Below are positions 12,031 to 24,360 of a stretch of 64,000 bases of DNA, one piece after another. The DNA lies in assembly GCF_902713615.1 (NCBI RefSeq), contig NW_024055461.1:2734345-2798344 (forward strand), in the 5' to 3' direction. This DNA comes from Scyliorhinus canicula. Taxonomy: Eukaryota. Under the pieces are notes generated by a model. The model saw only the letters and a list, made by a program, of their open reading frames with translations, was not told where the DNA came from and made no database searches. How positions within the stretch are numbered: position 1 is the first letter of the stretch; the number at the start of each line of letters is the position of its first letter. A program made the position numbers and the translations under genes.

Positions 12031-15000
12031 GAGGGGCTGGTTTAGCACAGGGCTAAATCGCTGGCTTTGAAAGCAGACCAAGGCAGGCCAGCAGCACGGT
12101 TAAATTCCCCTACCAGCCTCCCCAAACAGGCGCCGGAATGTGGCGACTAAGGGCTTTTCACAGTAACTTCATTTGAAGCCTACTTTTTTTAAAATATAAT
12201 TTTTATTGGAATTTTTTACAGAAAATATAAAACATAACGACAAACAATGAAATGCAACAAAATAACCCATAATAACTGTAACACCCCCAGACCGTATCGA
12301 TGCATGTATCACATCCCCCCACCCCCCAACCCTAATGAACAACAAAAGAACTTAAAAATAAATTAAAATTAAATAAATAAACAAACAAACATAGTCATTG
12401 TCTGCCCCCCCCCTTTCCCTCCCCCTTCCCCCTTTCCCTCCCCCTTCCCCCTTTCCCTCCCCCTTCCCCCTTTCCCTCCCCCCCCGGGTTGCTGCTGCTA
12501 CTGTCCCTGTACTCTATCGTTGAGCCAGAAAGTCGAGAAAAGGTTGCCACCGCCTAAAGAACCCTTGTACCGATCCTCTCAGGGCGAATTTGACCTTCTC
12601 TAGCTTAATGAAACCCGCCTGTCATTGATCCAGGTCTCCACGCTTGGGAGCCTCGCATCCTTCCATTGTAGCAAGATCCTTCGCCGGGCTACTAGGGACG
12701 CAAAGGCCAGCACACCGGCCTCTTTCGCCTCCTGCACTCCCGGCTCCACCCCAACCCCAAAAATCGCGAGTCCCCATCCTGGCTTGACCCTGGATCCCAC
12801 CACCCTCGACACCGTCCTCGCCACCCCCTTCCAGAACTCCTCCAGTGCCGGGCATGCCCAGAACATATGGGCATGGTTCGCTGGACTCCCCGAGCACCTG
12901 ACACACCTATCTTCACCCCCAAAGAACCTACTCATCCTCGTCCCAGTCATGTGGGCCCGGTGCAGCACCTTGAATTGGATGAGGCTAAGCCGTGCACACG
13001 AGGAGGAAGAATTAACCCTCTCCAGGGCATCAGCCCATGTCCCGTCTTCGATCTGTTCCCCCTTTTCCCCCTCCCACTTAGCTTTCAGCTCCTCTACCGA
13101 CGCCTCCTCCGCCTCCTGCATAACCTTGTAGATATCAGATATCTTCCCCTCTCCGACCCAGACCCCCGAAAGCACCCTGTCGCTCACCCCCCTCGTGGGA
13201 AGCGAAGGGAATCCCTCCACCTGCCGCCTAGCAAATGCCTTTACCTGCAGATACCTGAACATGTTCCCCGGGGGAGCCCAAATTTCTCCTCCAACTCCCC
13301 CAGGCTCGCAAACCTCCCATCAATAAACAGGTCCCTCAGCTTTCTGATGCCCACTCTATGCCAACCCTGAAATCCCCCATCAATGTTCCCCGGGACGAAC
13401 CTATGGTTCCCCCTTAACGGAGCCTCCATCGAGCCCCCCACTTCTCCCCTATGTCGCCTCCACTGCCCCAAATCTTGAGGGTAGCCGCCACCACTGGACT
13501 CGTGGTATACCTCGTAGGAGGGAGCGGCCATGGCGCCGTTACCAGGCCCCCCAGGCTTGTATCTCCACAGGACGCCCTTTCCATCCGTTTCCATGCTGCC
13601 CCCTCCCCCTCCATTACCCACTTGTGCACCATCGACACATTGGCCGCCCAATAATACCCCGAGAGATTGGGTAACGCCAGCCCCCCCATCTCTACCCCGC
13701 TCCAAGAAGACCCTCTTCACCCTTGGGGTCCCATGCGCCCAAACAAAGCTCATAATGCTGCTAGTCACCCTTCTTAAAAAGGCCCTAGGGATAAAGATGG
13801 GCAAACACTGAAACAGGAACAAGAACCTTGGGAGAACCGTCATTTTGACAGACTGCACTCTACCCAGCAACGATAGCGGCACCATGTCCCACCTTTTAAA
13901 TTCCTCCTCCATCTGCTCCACCAGCCTGGTAAAATTAAGCTTATGGAGAGTCCCCCAACTCCTGGCCACCTGCACCCCCAGGTATCTGAAACTCTTCACT
14001 GCCCTCTTAAATGGGAGTCTCCCAATTCCCTCCTCCTGATCACCCGGGTGTACTACAAATATCTCACTCTTGCCTAAATTTAACTTATAGCCCGAGAAGC
14101 CCCCAAATTCCGCTAACAGCTCCATCACCCCCGGCATTCCCCCTTCTGGATCCGCCACATACAACAGCAGGTCGTCTGCATACAGCGATACATGATGTTC
14201 CTCCCCACCCCGCACCAGACCCCTCCATCTGCCTGACTCCCTCAACGCCATAGCCAAAGGTTCAATCGCCAATGCAAAGAGCAAGGGGGACAGGGGGCAC
14301 CCCTGCCTGGTCCCACGGTAGAGCCTAAAGTACTCCGATCTCCTTCCATTGGTAACTACATTTGCCATCTGAGCCGCGTAGAGCAGCCTCACCCATTTGA
14401 TGAATCCCTCCCTGAATCCGAACCGCTCCAGCACCTCCCACAGGTACCCCCACTCAACTCTATCAAACGCTTGCTCTGCGTCCAGCGCCACCACTATCTC
14501 CGCCTCCCCCTCCACTGCCAGCAGCATAATAACATTTAGCAGTCTCCGCACATTCGTGTTGAGCTGCCGTCCCTTGACAAATCCTGTCTGATCCTCGTGT
14601 ATCACCCCTGGCACACAGTCCTCTATCCTGGTGGCCAGGATCTTCGCCAGCAACTTAGCGTCAACATTGAAGAGCGAGATAGGCCTGTATGATCCACACT
14701 GCAAGGGGTCCTTATCCCACTTCAGGATCAGAGAGATCAGTGCCCGCGACATCGTCGGGGGCAAAGCCCCCCCCCCCCCTCCCATGCCTCATTGAAGGCT
14801 CGCACCAACAAGGGACCCACCAGATCCGCATACTTTTTATAAAATTCCCCCGGGAACCCGTCTGGCCCCGGCGCCTTACCTGACTGCATTTGTCCAAGTC
14901 CCCTGACTAGCTCCTCCAACTCTATCGGCGCCCCCAGCCCCTCTACCAGCTCCTCTTGAACCCTTGGGAAACATAGCCTGTTCATGAAGCTCTCCATCCC

Positions 15001-18000
15001 CCCTCTCCCCATCGGAGGTTCTGACCAGTACAGTTCCTCGTAGAAGTCCCTAAAGACCACATTTACTTCTGTCCCCTTCTGCACTACATTCCCACCCCTA
15101 TCCGTCACTCCACCAATTTCCCGAGCCGCATCTCGCCTGCGGAGCTGATGCGCCAACATCCTGCTCGCCTTCTCCCCATACTCATATACCGCACCCTGCG
15201 ACCTCCTCCACTGTGTCTCCGCCTTTCTGGTGGTCAACAAGTCAAATTTGGCCTGCAAACTGCGCCGTTCCACCAGCAACCCCTCCTCCGGTGCCTCCAC
15301 GTATCTCCTGTCCACATCCAGGAGCTCCCCCACCAGTCTCTCCCTCTCCTTCCTCTCCCGCCTTTCCCTATGGGCCCGGATGGAGATCAGCTCCCCCCGG
15401 ATCACTACTTTCAGAGCCTCCCAGACCATCCCCACCCGGACCTCCCCCGTGTCGTTGGTATCCAGATACCCCTCAATACTTCCCCGGGCCCTCCTACACA
15501 CCTCCTCATCAGCCAGCATCCCCACATCCAGGCGCCAGAGCGGACGCTGGTCCCGCGCCTCCCCCATCTCCAGATCATCCCAGCGCGGAGCATGGTCTGA
15601 AATTGCTATGGCTGAATACTCGGCATCCTGCACCTTCGGGATCAATCCCCTGCTCAGGACGAAAAAATCTATTCGAGAATAGACCCTATGGACATGAGAG
15701 AACAAGGAATACTCCCGCGCTCTTGGCCTCCCAAACCTCCAGGGATCCACCCCTCCCATCTGGTTCATAAACCCCCTCGGCACTTTGGCCGCCGCCGGTC
15801 TCCTACCCGTCCTTGAACTGGACCGGTCCAGTGGGGGATCCAGCACTGTGTTAAAGTCTCCCCCCATGATCAGGCCCCCCGCCTCCAGGTCCGGAATGCG
15901 GCCCAACAAGCACCTCATGAAGCCGGCATCATCCCAATTCAGGGCATATACATTTACCAGCACCACCTTCTCTCCCTGCAGCCTACCCTTCACCATAATA
16001 TATCTGCCCTCCTTGTCCGACACCACCTCGGCCGCCTCGAACGCCACCCTCTTCCCCACCAGAATCGCCACCCCCCCCGGTTCTTCGCGTCCAATCCTGA
16101 GTGAAAAACCTGCCCCACTCACCCCTTCCTCAGACGAACCTGGTCCGCCACCTTCAAGTGGGTCTCCTGGAGCATAGCCACGTCCGCCTTCAGCCCCTTC
16201 AGATGAGAAAACACCCTCGTTCTCTTAACCGGCCCGTTCAGCCCCCTCACACTCCAGGTAATCAGCCGGATCAGAGGGCAACTGCCCCTCTCCCCCGCCA
16301 GCTAGCCATAGCTTATCGACTGCTCGCCCCAGGCCAGCTCGCCCCGCCTGACCCGTTCCCCATGGCGATAACGCCTCTCCTCTACCCCCCCGACCCACAC
16401 CAGCTCCTTCCTGGCCATTCCAGCAGCAACCCGGCATCCCCCCCCCACCCCCCCCCCCCCCCCCCACCCCCCCAGGCTAGGACCCCTCCTAGCCGCGACG
16501 CACCCTCCATGGTACTTCCGTGAGTCAGCTGACTTCTGCTGACCCGGCAGCTCCCGCCAATACCCATCTCCTCCCGGCATGGGGTCATCCCCCTCTTGCC
16601 ACACCTCCTTGGCACCGCTTCAGCGGGGGAAAGAAAACCAGTGAAGGCCACGCCCCCACCTCCAGCTCCGCCCCCACGCCCCGCAGCGCGGACATCCAGA
16701 GGAAAGCCCGCGCTTTCACACTGCCACACCCCACCCTTCTGACGCAGCTCCTCAAAATCCAGTTTCACCCCAACCCCCAGCCCCGTACAGAAGAGAACAT
16801 ATAAAGCACATACCCCCAACGTTCCCCACATACCCCACACCCATACCCAACAGACAAACCCACCCGGAAACAAAGCAAAAAGAAAACCAGCATAAAAATA
16901 ACACCTGTCAAAATTGAAGATCAGCAACAGCGAAAACAGCAACGGCCATAGTGTGTCCCCAGACCCTAGTTCTCCCTGCAGCCTACCCTTCTCCGCCTGT
17001 ACAAAGGCCCACGCCTCCTCCGGGGACTCGAAGTAGTGGTGCCGGTCCTTATATGTCACCCACAGACGCGCAGGCTGCAGCATTCCAAATCTGACCTGCT
17101 TGGCATGAAGCACCGCCTTTGTCCGGTTGAACCCGGCCCGCCGCTTTGCCACCTCCGCACTCCAGTCCTGGTAGATTCGCACCACCGAATTCTCCCACTT
17201 GCTGCTCCTCACTTTCTTGGCCCAGCGCAGCACACACTGCCGGTCACTAAATCGATGGAACCGCACCAGCACCGCCCGCAGGGGTTCATTTGCCTTAGGC
17301 CTCCTGGCCAGCACTCTGTGAGCTCCCTCAAGCTCCAGGGGCAAATGGAAGGACCCCACTCCCATCAACGAGCTCAACATCGTGGTCACGTACGACGGGA
17401 GATCCGACCCCTCCAGCCCCTCCGCCAGGCCCAGGATCCTCAAATTCTTTCGCCTCGTGCGAAGGTCCAGCTCCTCCAAGCGGTCTTGCCACTTTTTGTG
17501 AAGTGCCTCGTGCAACTCCACTTTCCCCACGAGGACCATGGCCTCCTCCTCCCTCTCAGCGGCCTGCTGCTGCAACTCCCGAATAGACGCCTCCTGTGCC
17601 GCCTGGGTCCCAAGCAGCTTGTTTGTAGTTGCATTCAGGGAGTCCAGCAACTCAGCCTTCAGCTCCGCAAAACAGCGCAGAAGAGAGGCCTGCTGCTCCT
17701 GCACCCACTTCCACCAGTCCTCGGGTGTTCCACCGGCCGCTATTTTGTCTTTCTTCCCCTGCTTTTCTTGGGGAGCTGCTGCAGCTTTTTCCTTTGCCCC
17801 ACTCCAGGTGAGCACCATAAATTATGGGGAATGCTCCTCTAGACACCTTCCCCACTGGGATTCGTCGGGACAGCATCGACTGCTGCTAGAATTCAGCTTT
17901 CATAAAGGCCCTCAAGTCAGCTTGAGAAGTCTGAGCTGGCCCTTCCCCCGCCTGCCTGCTTGTCGAGGCTTTTTTCTACTGCTGCTTCAGCCCAATCTTG

Positions 18001-18240
18001 GCCTTTTTCTGAGGGTCTGATAAACAAGAAACATACTATTCCTGGGGGAAAGTACTCCATGAACATTCACCTATGCCTTTTCATCGAAATTCCAACCCAT
18101 GCCACCCAAAAAAGAGCTCTTTTCTGTAACCTTGGACAGGAGCTGCCTCTGTGTGCTCACTCACTCCATGCTGCACACCGGAAGTCCATTTGAAGCCTAC
18201 TTGTGCCAAGAAGAGATTTTCATTCATTTTCATTTTTCAT
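12031..18240 (+). mobile_element. Short tRNA-derived SINE (12031-12185 plus 18187-18240) split by L1 copy 1
   Basis: ggggctggtttagcacagggctaaatcgctggc...gtaacttcatttgaagcctactt|gtgccaag..ttttcattc. The same family occurs at 22790-22958 (-), 24540-24722 and 57617-57795. Confidence 0.85.
12186..18186 (-). mobile_element. Full-length L1-clade LINE (L1 copy 1), antisense in the IgM CH4-TM intron
   Basis: ORF1 from 17818 (NLRILGLAEGLEGSD, L1 ORF1p-like). ORF2 ~16309-12514 with APE (ITWSVRGLN, MGGDFN, SDH) and RT (LDAEQAFDRV, QGCPLSP, YADD), broken by a TGA and by frameshifts. A-tail at 12186; 16-bp TSD CATTTGAAGCCTACTT at 12170-12185 and 18187-18202. Confidence 0.93.
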
Positions 18241-19019
18241 TACACTTGTTCTTCCACTAGGGAGAGGAGACAAGGTAACTGATTAACCATTATACTCATT
18301 CTTCCGCTATAGGGAGGAGAAAGGGCAATTGATAATCCTTTATACTCATTCTTGAACCAGTGGGAGTTGTAGGAATAATTGATCATCCAATATAGTCATT
18401 CTTCCATCAGAGAGAGAAGAAAGGGTGATTGTTAATTCATTGTACTCACACTACCACCAGAGGGATGAGAAAGAGTAATTGATAAACAATTATACTCATT
18501 CTTCCATCAAAGAGAGAAGAAAGGGCGATTGTTAACTCATCATCTTTCCAGCAAAGGGGTGAGAAGGATAAATTTATAATCCATTATACTCATTCTTCCA
18601 TCAGAGAGAGGAAAAGGAATGATGGATAATCCATTGCACTCATTCTTCCACAAGAGAGATGGGAAAAGGGTAATTGATAATCCATTATACTCACTCTTTC
18701 TACAGAGTGGACAAAGGATAGTTGATAATCCATTATACTTAATCTTCCACCAGAGGGAGAAGAAAGGGTAAAATATAATTCATTATGTTCAGTCTTCCGC
18801 CAGAGGAAGGAGAAATGGTAATTGCGAACCAACTAGACTCAACCAGCAGATGGAATGGAAAGCAGGTGCTCACTACTTCCTGAACTCAGTTACCATTGGT
18901 AACACCGTCGGCTTCCACTTGACTACCTGAAGAATGCTACATGAGAATCATATGTAATGTGCATATGTATGCAGCACAATATAAATTATTTCGTGGTACA
19001 TTTGTCTCTGGGAACCTAA

Positions 19020-22000
19020 TGATACCTTTTTTTTTGAGTGCTACAGTGAGAGTTTGGTGACTGAGGGAGTATAAGGGTTCAGTTTTATTTAAAGTCTAGT
19101 ATTTCTTTTATTTAGTTAATTAACTTAAAAGTTGCTGTTTCTAGGATGTGCGTGGTGAGGGATACCACAGGTGTCCCCGCTGACTATACCTGCGGGAAGT
19201 GCACCCAACTCCAGCTCCTCAGAGGCCGTGTTAAGGAACTGGAGCTGGAGCTGGATGAACTTCGGATCATCCGGGAGGCAGAGGGGGTTATCGAGAAGAG
19301 TTACAGGGAGGTAGCCACACCAAAGGTACTGGACAAGAGTAGCTGGGTTACAGTCAGAGGAAAGAACACTAACAGGCAGACAGTGCAGGGATCCCTCGTG
19401 GCCGTTTCCCTTCAAAACAAGTATACCGTTTTGGATGCTGTTGGGGGGGATGACCTACTGGGGGAAGGCCCCAGCGGTCAGGTCTCTGGCACTGAGTCTG
19501 GCTCTGGGGCTCAGAAGGGAAGGGGGGAGCATAGAAAAGCAATAGTAATAGGAGATTTAATGGTTAGGGGAATAGATAGGATATTCTGTGGTCGCGAGCG
19601 AGACTCCCGAAAGGTATGTTGCCTCCCGGGTGCCAGGGCCAGGGATGTCTCGGACCGTGTCTTCAGGATCCTGAAGGGGGAGGGTGAGCAGCCAGAAGTC
19701 GTGGTGCACATTGGTACCAACGATGTAGGTAGGAAAAAGGGTGTGGAGGTAATAAACAAGTTTAGGGAGTTAGGCTGGAAGTTAAAGGCCAGGACAGACA
19801 GAGTTGTCATCTCTGGTTTGTTGCCGGTGCCACGTGATAGTGAGGCTAGGAATAGGGAGAGAGTGCAGTTGAACACGTGGCTGCAGGAATGGTGTAGGAG
19901 GGAGGGCTTCAGGTATTTGGATAATTGGAGCGCATTCTGGGGAAGGTGGGACCTGTACAAGCAGGACGGGTTGCATCTGAACCAGAGGGGCACCAATATC
20001 CTGGGGGGGAGGTTTTATAGTACTCTTTGGGAGGGTTTAAACTAATTTGGCAGGGGAATAGGAACCGGATCTGTAGTCCAGCAACTCAGGAAGCCGATAT
20101 TCAGGACGCCAAAGCACGTAGTGATGCAGTGGGGAAGGTAACACTGACAAAGCAGAGTACTTGCAGGCAAGGAGATGGGTTGAAGTGTGTATACTTTAAT
20201 GAAAGAAGCATCAGGAATAAGGTGGGTGAACTTAAGGCATGGATCGGTACTTGGGACTACGATGTGGTGGCCATCACGGAAACTTGGATAGAAGAGGGGC
20301 AGAAATGTTTGTTGGAGGTCCCTGGTTATAGATGTTTCAACAAGATTAGGGAGGATGGTAAAAGAGGTGTGTGGGGGGGGGGGGGGGTTGGCATTGTTAA
20401 TTACAGATAGTATAACAGCTGCAGAAAGGCAGTTCGAGGGGGATCTGCCTACTGAGGTAATATGGGTTGAAGTCAGAAACAGGAAAGGAGCAGTCACCTT
20501 GTTGGGAGTTTTCTATAGGCCCCCCAATAGCAGCAGAGATGTGGAGGAACAGATTGGGAAACAGATTTTGGAAAGGTGCAGAAGTCACAGGGTAGTAGTC
20601 ATGGGTGACTTCAACTTCCCAAACATTGAGTGGAAACTCTTTAGATCAAATAAATTGGATGGGGTAGTGTTTGTGCAGTGTGTCCAGGAAGCTTTTCTAA
20701 CACAGTATGTAGATTGTCCGACCAGAGGGGAGTCCATATTGGATTTAGTACTTGGTAATGAACCAGGGCAGGTGATAGCTTTGTTAGTGGGGGAGCATTT
20801 TGGAGGTAGTGACTACAATTCTGTGACTTTCACTTTAGTTATGGAGAGGGATAGGTGCGTGCAACAGGGCAAGGTTTATAATTGGGGGAAGGGTAAATAC
20901 AATGCTGTCAGACAAGAATTGAAGTGCAGAAGTTGGGAACAAAGGCTGTCAGGGAAGGACACAAGTGAAATGTGGAACTTGTTCAAGGAACAGGTACTGC
21001 GTGTCTTTGATATGTATGTCCCTGTTAGGCTGGGAAAAGATGGTCGAGTGAGGGAACCATGGTTGACAAGAGAGGTTGAATGTCTTGTTAAGAGGAAGAA
21101 GGAGACTTATGTAAGGCTGAAGAAACAAGGTTCCGACAGGGCGCTGGAGGGATACAAGATAGCCAGGAGGGAACTGAAGAAAGGGATTAGGAGAGCTAAG
21201 AGAGGGCATGAAAAATCTTTGGCAGGTAGGATCAAGGAAAACCCCAAGGCCTTTTACACATATGTGAGAAATATGAGAATGACTAGAGCGAGGGTAGGTC
21301 CGATCAAGGACAGTAGCGGGAGATTGTGTATTGAGTCTGAAGATATAGGAGAGGTCTTGAACAAGTATTTTTCTTCAGCATTTACAAATGAGAGGGGCCA
21401 TATTGTTGGAGAGGACAGTGTGAAACAGACTGATAAGCTTGAGGAGATACTTGTCAGGAAGGAAGATGTGTTGCGCGTTTTGAAAACTTGAGGATAGACA
21501 AGTCCCCCGGGCCTGACGGGATATATCCAAGGATTCTATGGGAAGCAAGAAATGAAATTGCAGAGCCGTTGGCAATGATCTTTTCGTCCTCGCTGTCAAC
21601 AGGGGTGGTACCAGAGGATTGGAGAGTGGCGAATGTCTTGCCCCTGTTCAAAAAAGGGAATCGGGATAACCCTGGGAATTACAGGCCAGTTAGTCTTACT
21701 TCAGTGGTAGGCAAAGTAATGGAAAGGGTACTGAGGGATAGGATTTCTGAGCATCTGGAAAGGCACTGCTTGATTAGGGATAGTCAGCACGGATTTGTGA
21801 GGGGTAGGTCTTGCCTTACAAGTCTTATTGACTTCTTTGAGGAGGTGACCAAGCATGTGGATGAAGGTAAAGCAGTGGATGTAGTGTACATGGATTTTAG
21901 TAAGGCATTTGATAAGTTTCCCCATTGTAGGCTTGTGCAGAAAGTAAGGAGGCATGGGATAGTGGGAAATTTGGCCAGTTGGATAACAAACTGGCTAACC

Positions 22001-23450
22001 GATAGAAGACAGAGAGTGGTGGTGGATGGCAAATATTCAGCCTGGAGCCCAGTTATCAGTGGCGTACCGCAGGGGTCAGTTCTGGGTCCTCTGCTGTTTG
22101 TGATTTTCATTAACGACTTGGATGAGGGAGTTGAAGGGTGGGTCAGTAAATTTGCAGATGATACGAAGATTGGTGGAGTTGTGGATAGTGAGGAGGGCTG
22201 TTGTTGGCTTCAAAGAGACATAGATAGGATGCAGAGCTGGGCTGAGAAGTGGCTGATGGAGTTTAACCCTGACAAGTGTGAGGTTGTCCATTTTGGAAGG
22301 ACAAATATGAATGCGGAATACAGGGTTAACGGTAGGGTTCTTGGCAATGTGGCGGAGCAGAGAGATCTTGGGGTCTATGTTCATAGATCTTTGAAAGTTG
22401 CCACTCAAGTGGATAGAGCTGTGAAGAAGGCCTATGGTGTGCTAACGTTCATTAGCAGAGGGATTGAATTTAAGAGCCGTGAGGTGATGATGCAGCTGTA
22501 CAAAACCTTGGTCAGGCCACATTTGGAGTACTGTGTGCAGTTCTGGTCGCCTCATTTTAGGAAGGATGTGGAAGCTTTGGAAAAGGTGCAAAGGAGATTT
22601 ACCAGGATGTTGCCTGGAATGGAGAGTAGGACATACGAGGAAAGGTTGCGGGTGCTAGGCCTTTTCTCATTAGAACGGAGAAGGATGAGGGGCGACTTGA
22701 TAGAGGTTTATAAGATGATCAGGGGAATAGATAGAGTAGGCAGTCAGAGACTTTTTCCCCGGGTGGAACACACCATTACAAAAATAATAATATAAATAAA
22801 ATCACTTATTGTCACGAGTAGGCTTCAATGAAGTTACTGTGAAAAGCCCCTAGTCGCCACATTCCGGCGCCTGTTCAGGAGGCTGGTATGGGAATTGAAC
22901 CGTGCTGCTGGCCTGCTTTAAAAGCCAGCGATTTAGCCTTGTGAGCTAAACCAGCCCCAAGGGGACATAAATTTAAGATAAATGGTGGAAGATATAGAGG
23001 GGATGTCAGAGGTAGGTTCTTTACCCCAGAGAGTAGTGGGGGCATGGAATGCACTGCCTGTGGAAGTAGTTGAGTCGGAAACGTTAGGGACCTTCAAGCG
23101 GCTATTGGATAGGTACATGGATTAGGGTAGAATAATGGAGTGTAGGTTAACTTCTTCTTAAGGGCAGCACGGTAGCATTGTGGATAGCACAATTGCTTCA
23201 CAGCTCCAGGGTCCCAAGTTCGATTTCGACTTGGGCCACTGTCTGTGTGGAGTCTGCACATCCTCCACTTGTGTGCGTGGGTTTCCTCCGGGTACTCCGG
23301 TTTCCTCCCACAGTCCAAAGATGTGCAGGTTGGGTGGATTGGCCATGAAAAATTGCCCTTAGTGTCCAAAATTCTATGATTAACCTAGGACAAAAGTTCG
23401 GCGCAACATCGTGGGCCGAAGGGCCTGTTCTGTGCTGTATTTCTCTATCT
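19020..23450 (+). mobile_element. CR1-clade LINE with esterase ORF1, disrupted, in the CH4-TM intron
   Basis: ORF1 19146-20045 (GDL replaces GDS). ORF2 fragments 20160-22795 with a G-run frameshift and a stop at 21489. SINEs at 22790-22958 and 23162-23370; tail gggccgaagggcctgttctgtgctg. Confidence 0.9.
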
Positions 23451-23744
23451 ACCTTGATTTCTAATAGCCCAAATCTTAACTGCTGATTGAATCCTACCGT
23501 AGTTTACGGTTTGTTTCCTGATTTTCTGAGGACTGCTGGCTGAATTGTTGTCTCAGCTGAAGTTGCTTTACAGCTGACATTAGAGCATATCCAATACGAG
23601 AAGGAGGCGACTCTACCTTTAATGGACACTTACATTAAATGGCATTTGCTGAAACTTGGAACTTGAATAAAAATGCTCGAAAACAGACAGAAACAAGGGA
23701 AACGGCATCTCCAAAGGCACAGTCAAAGTTGCAGAAGCAAATAC

Positions 23745-24360
23745 AAACAAATATCCATGACACAATACCTACCGCGAATTCCCAAACACGTATATTAATA
23801 CTACCATTAACAGTGACACACGCATGTACATACCTACACGCACATCAGCAAATTCACACCACTATTCATAAACACAACCTAACACATATTAACATATTCA
23901 CAAACGCAAGCATACACACAAATATGAGCATACTCCTATACACAAGAACACGAATACGCATACAAACACTTGCATTTGCACACCTCTGCACATAATCATA
24001 CATAAATACCGACATACACCAACACATAAATATGTACAATACGAAACGCACACATGAAAACACAAGTATTAAAGTATTCACAAACACACCAGTACACAAA
24101 TTGACTCATAACCACATGCACACACACATATATGAACCCACAATAACACGCGCATTGACACGTAATCATGGACAAAATACAAAAACACACCCGCTAAATC
24201 GTATGCACCAACAATGGAAAACAGGTAAACACTTAACAGAGACTTTAGCCCACACGTTCATACATAGTGATAGATAAACACAGAATACATCCAAATGTGC
24301 AGGCAAAGAAACACACATAATAGATCTTATTTGCATATGAACACACACAGTATCACTCAT
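23745..24360. repeat. Degenerate (CA)n/(TG)n low-complexity tract
   Basis: Alternating purine-pyrimidine sequence rich in acac and atac. Confidence 0.75.

Larger units (their letters stand above)
11250..18832 (+). repeat. Degenerate ~50-bp minisatellite (11250-12030 and 18235-18832), split by the SINE/L1 insertion
   Basis: Consensus about ccattatactcattcttccaccagagagaggaaaagggtaattgataa; an exact 50-bp period is visible at ~11740-11820. Confidence 0.85.

Noticed and set aside
13414-18020. Many Pro/Ser-rich antisense and off-frame ORFs over the L1, CR1 and Tx1 copies
   Set aside because: They result from GC-rich, stop-poor retroelement sequence and show no independent domain signal.
24329-24336. 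Octamer ATTTGCAT in the CH4-TM intron
   Set aside because: A single hit in a low-complexity tract; roughly two are expected by chance in 64 kb.
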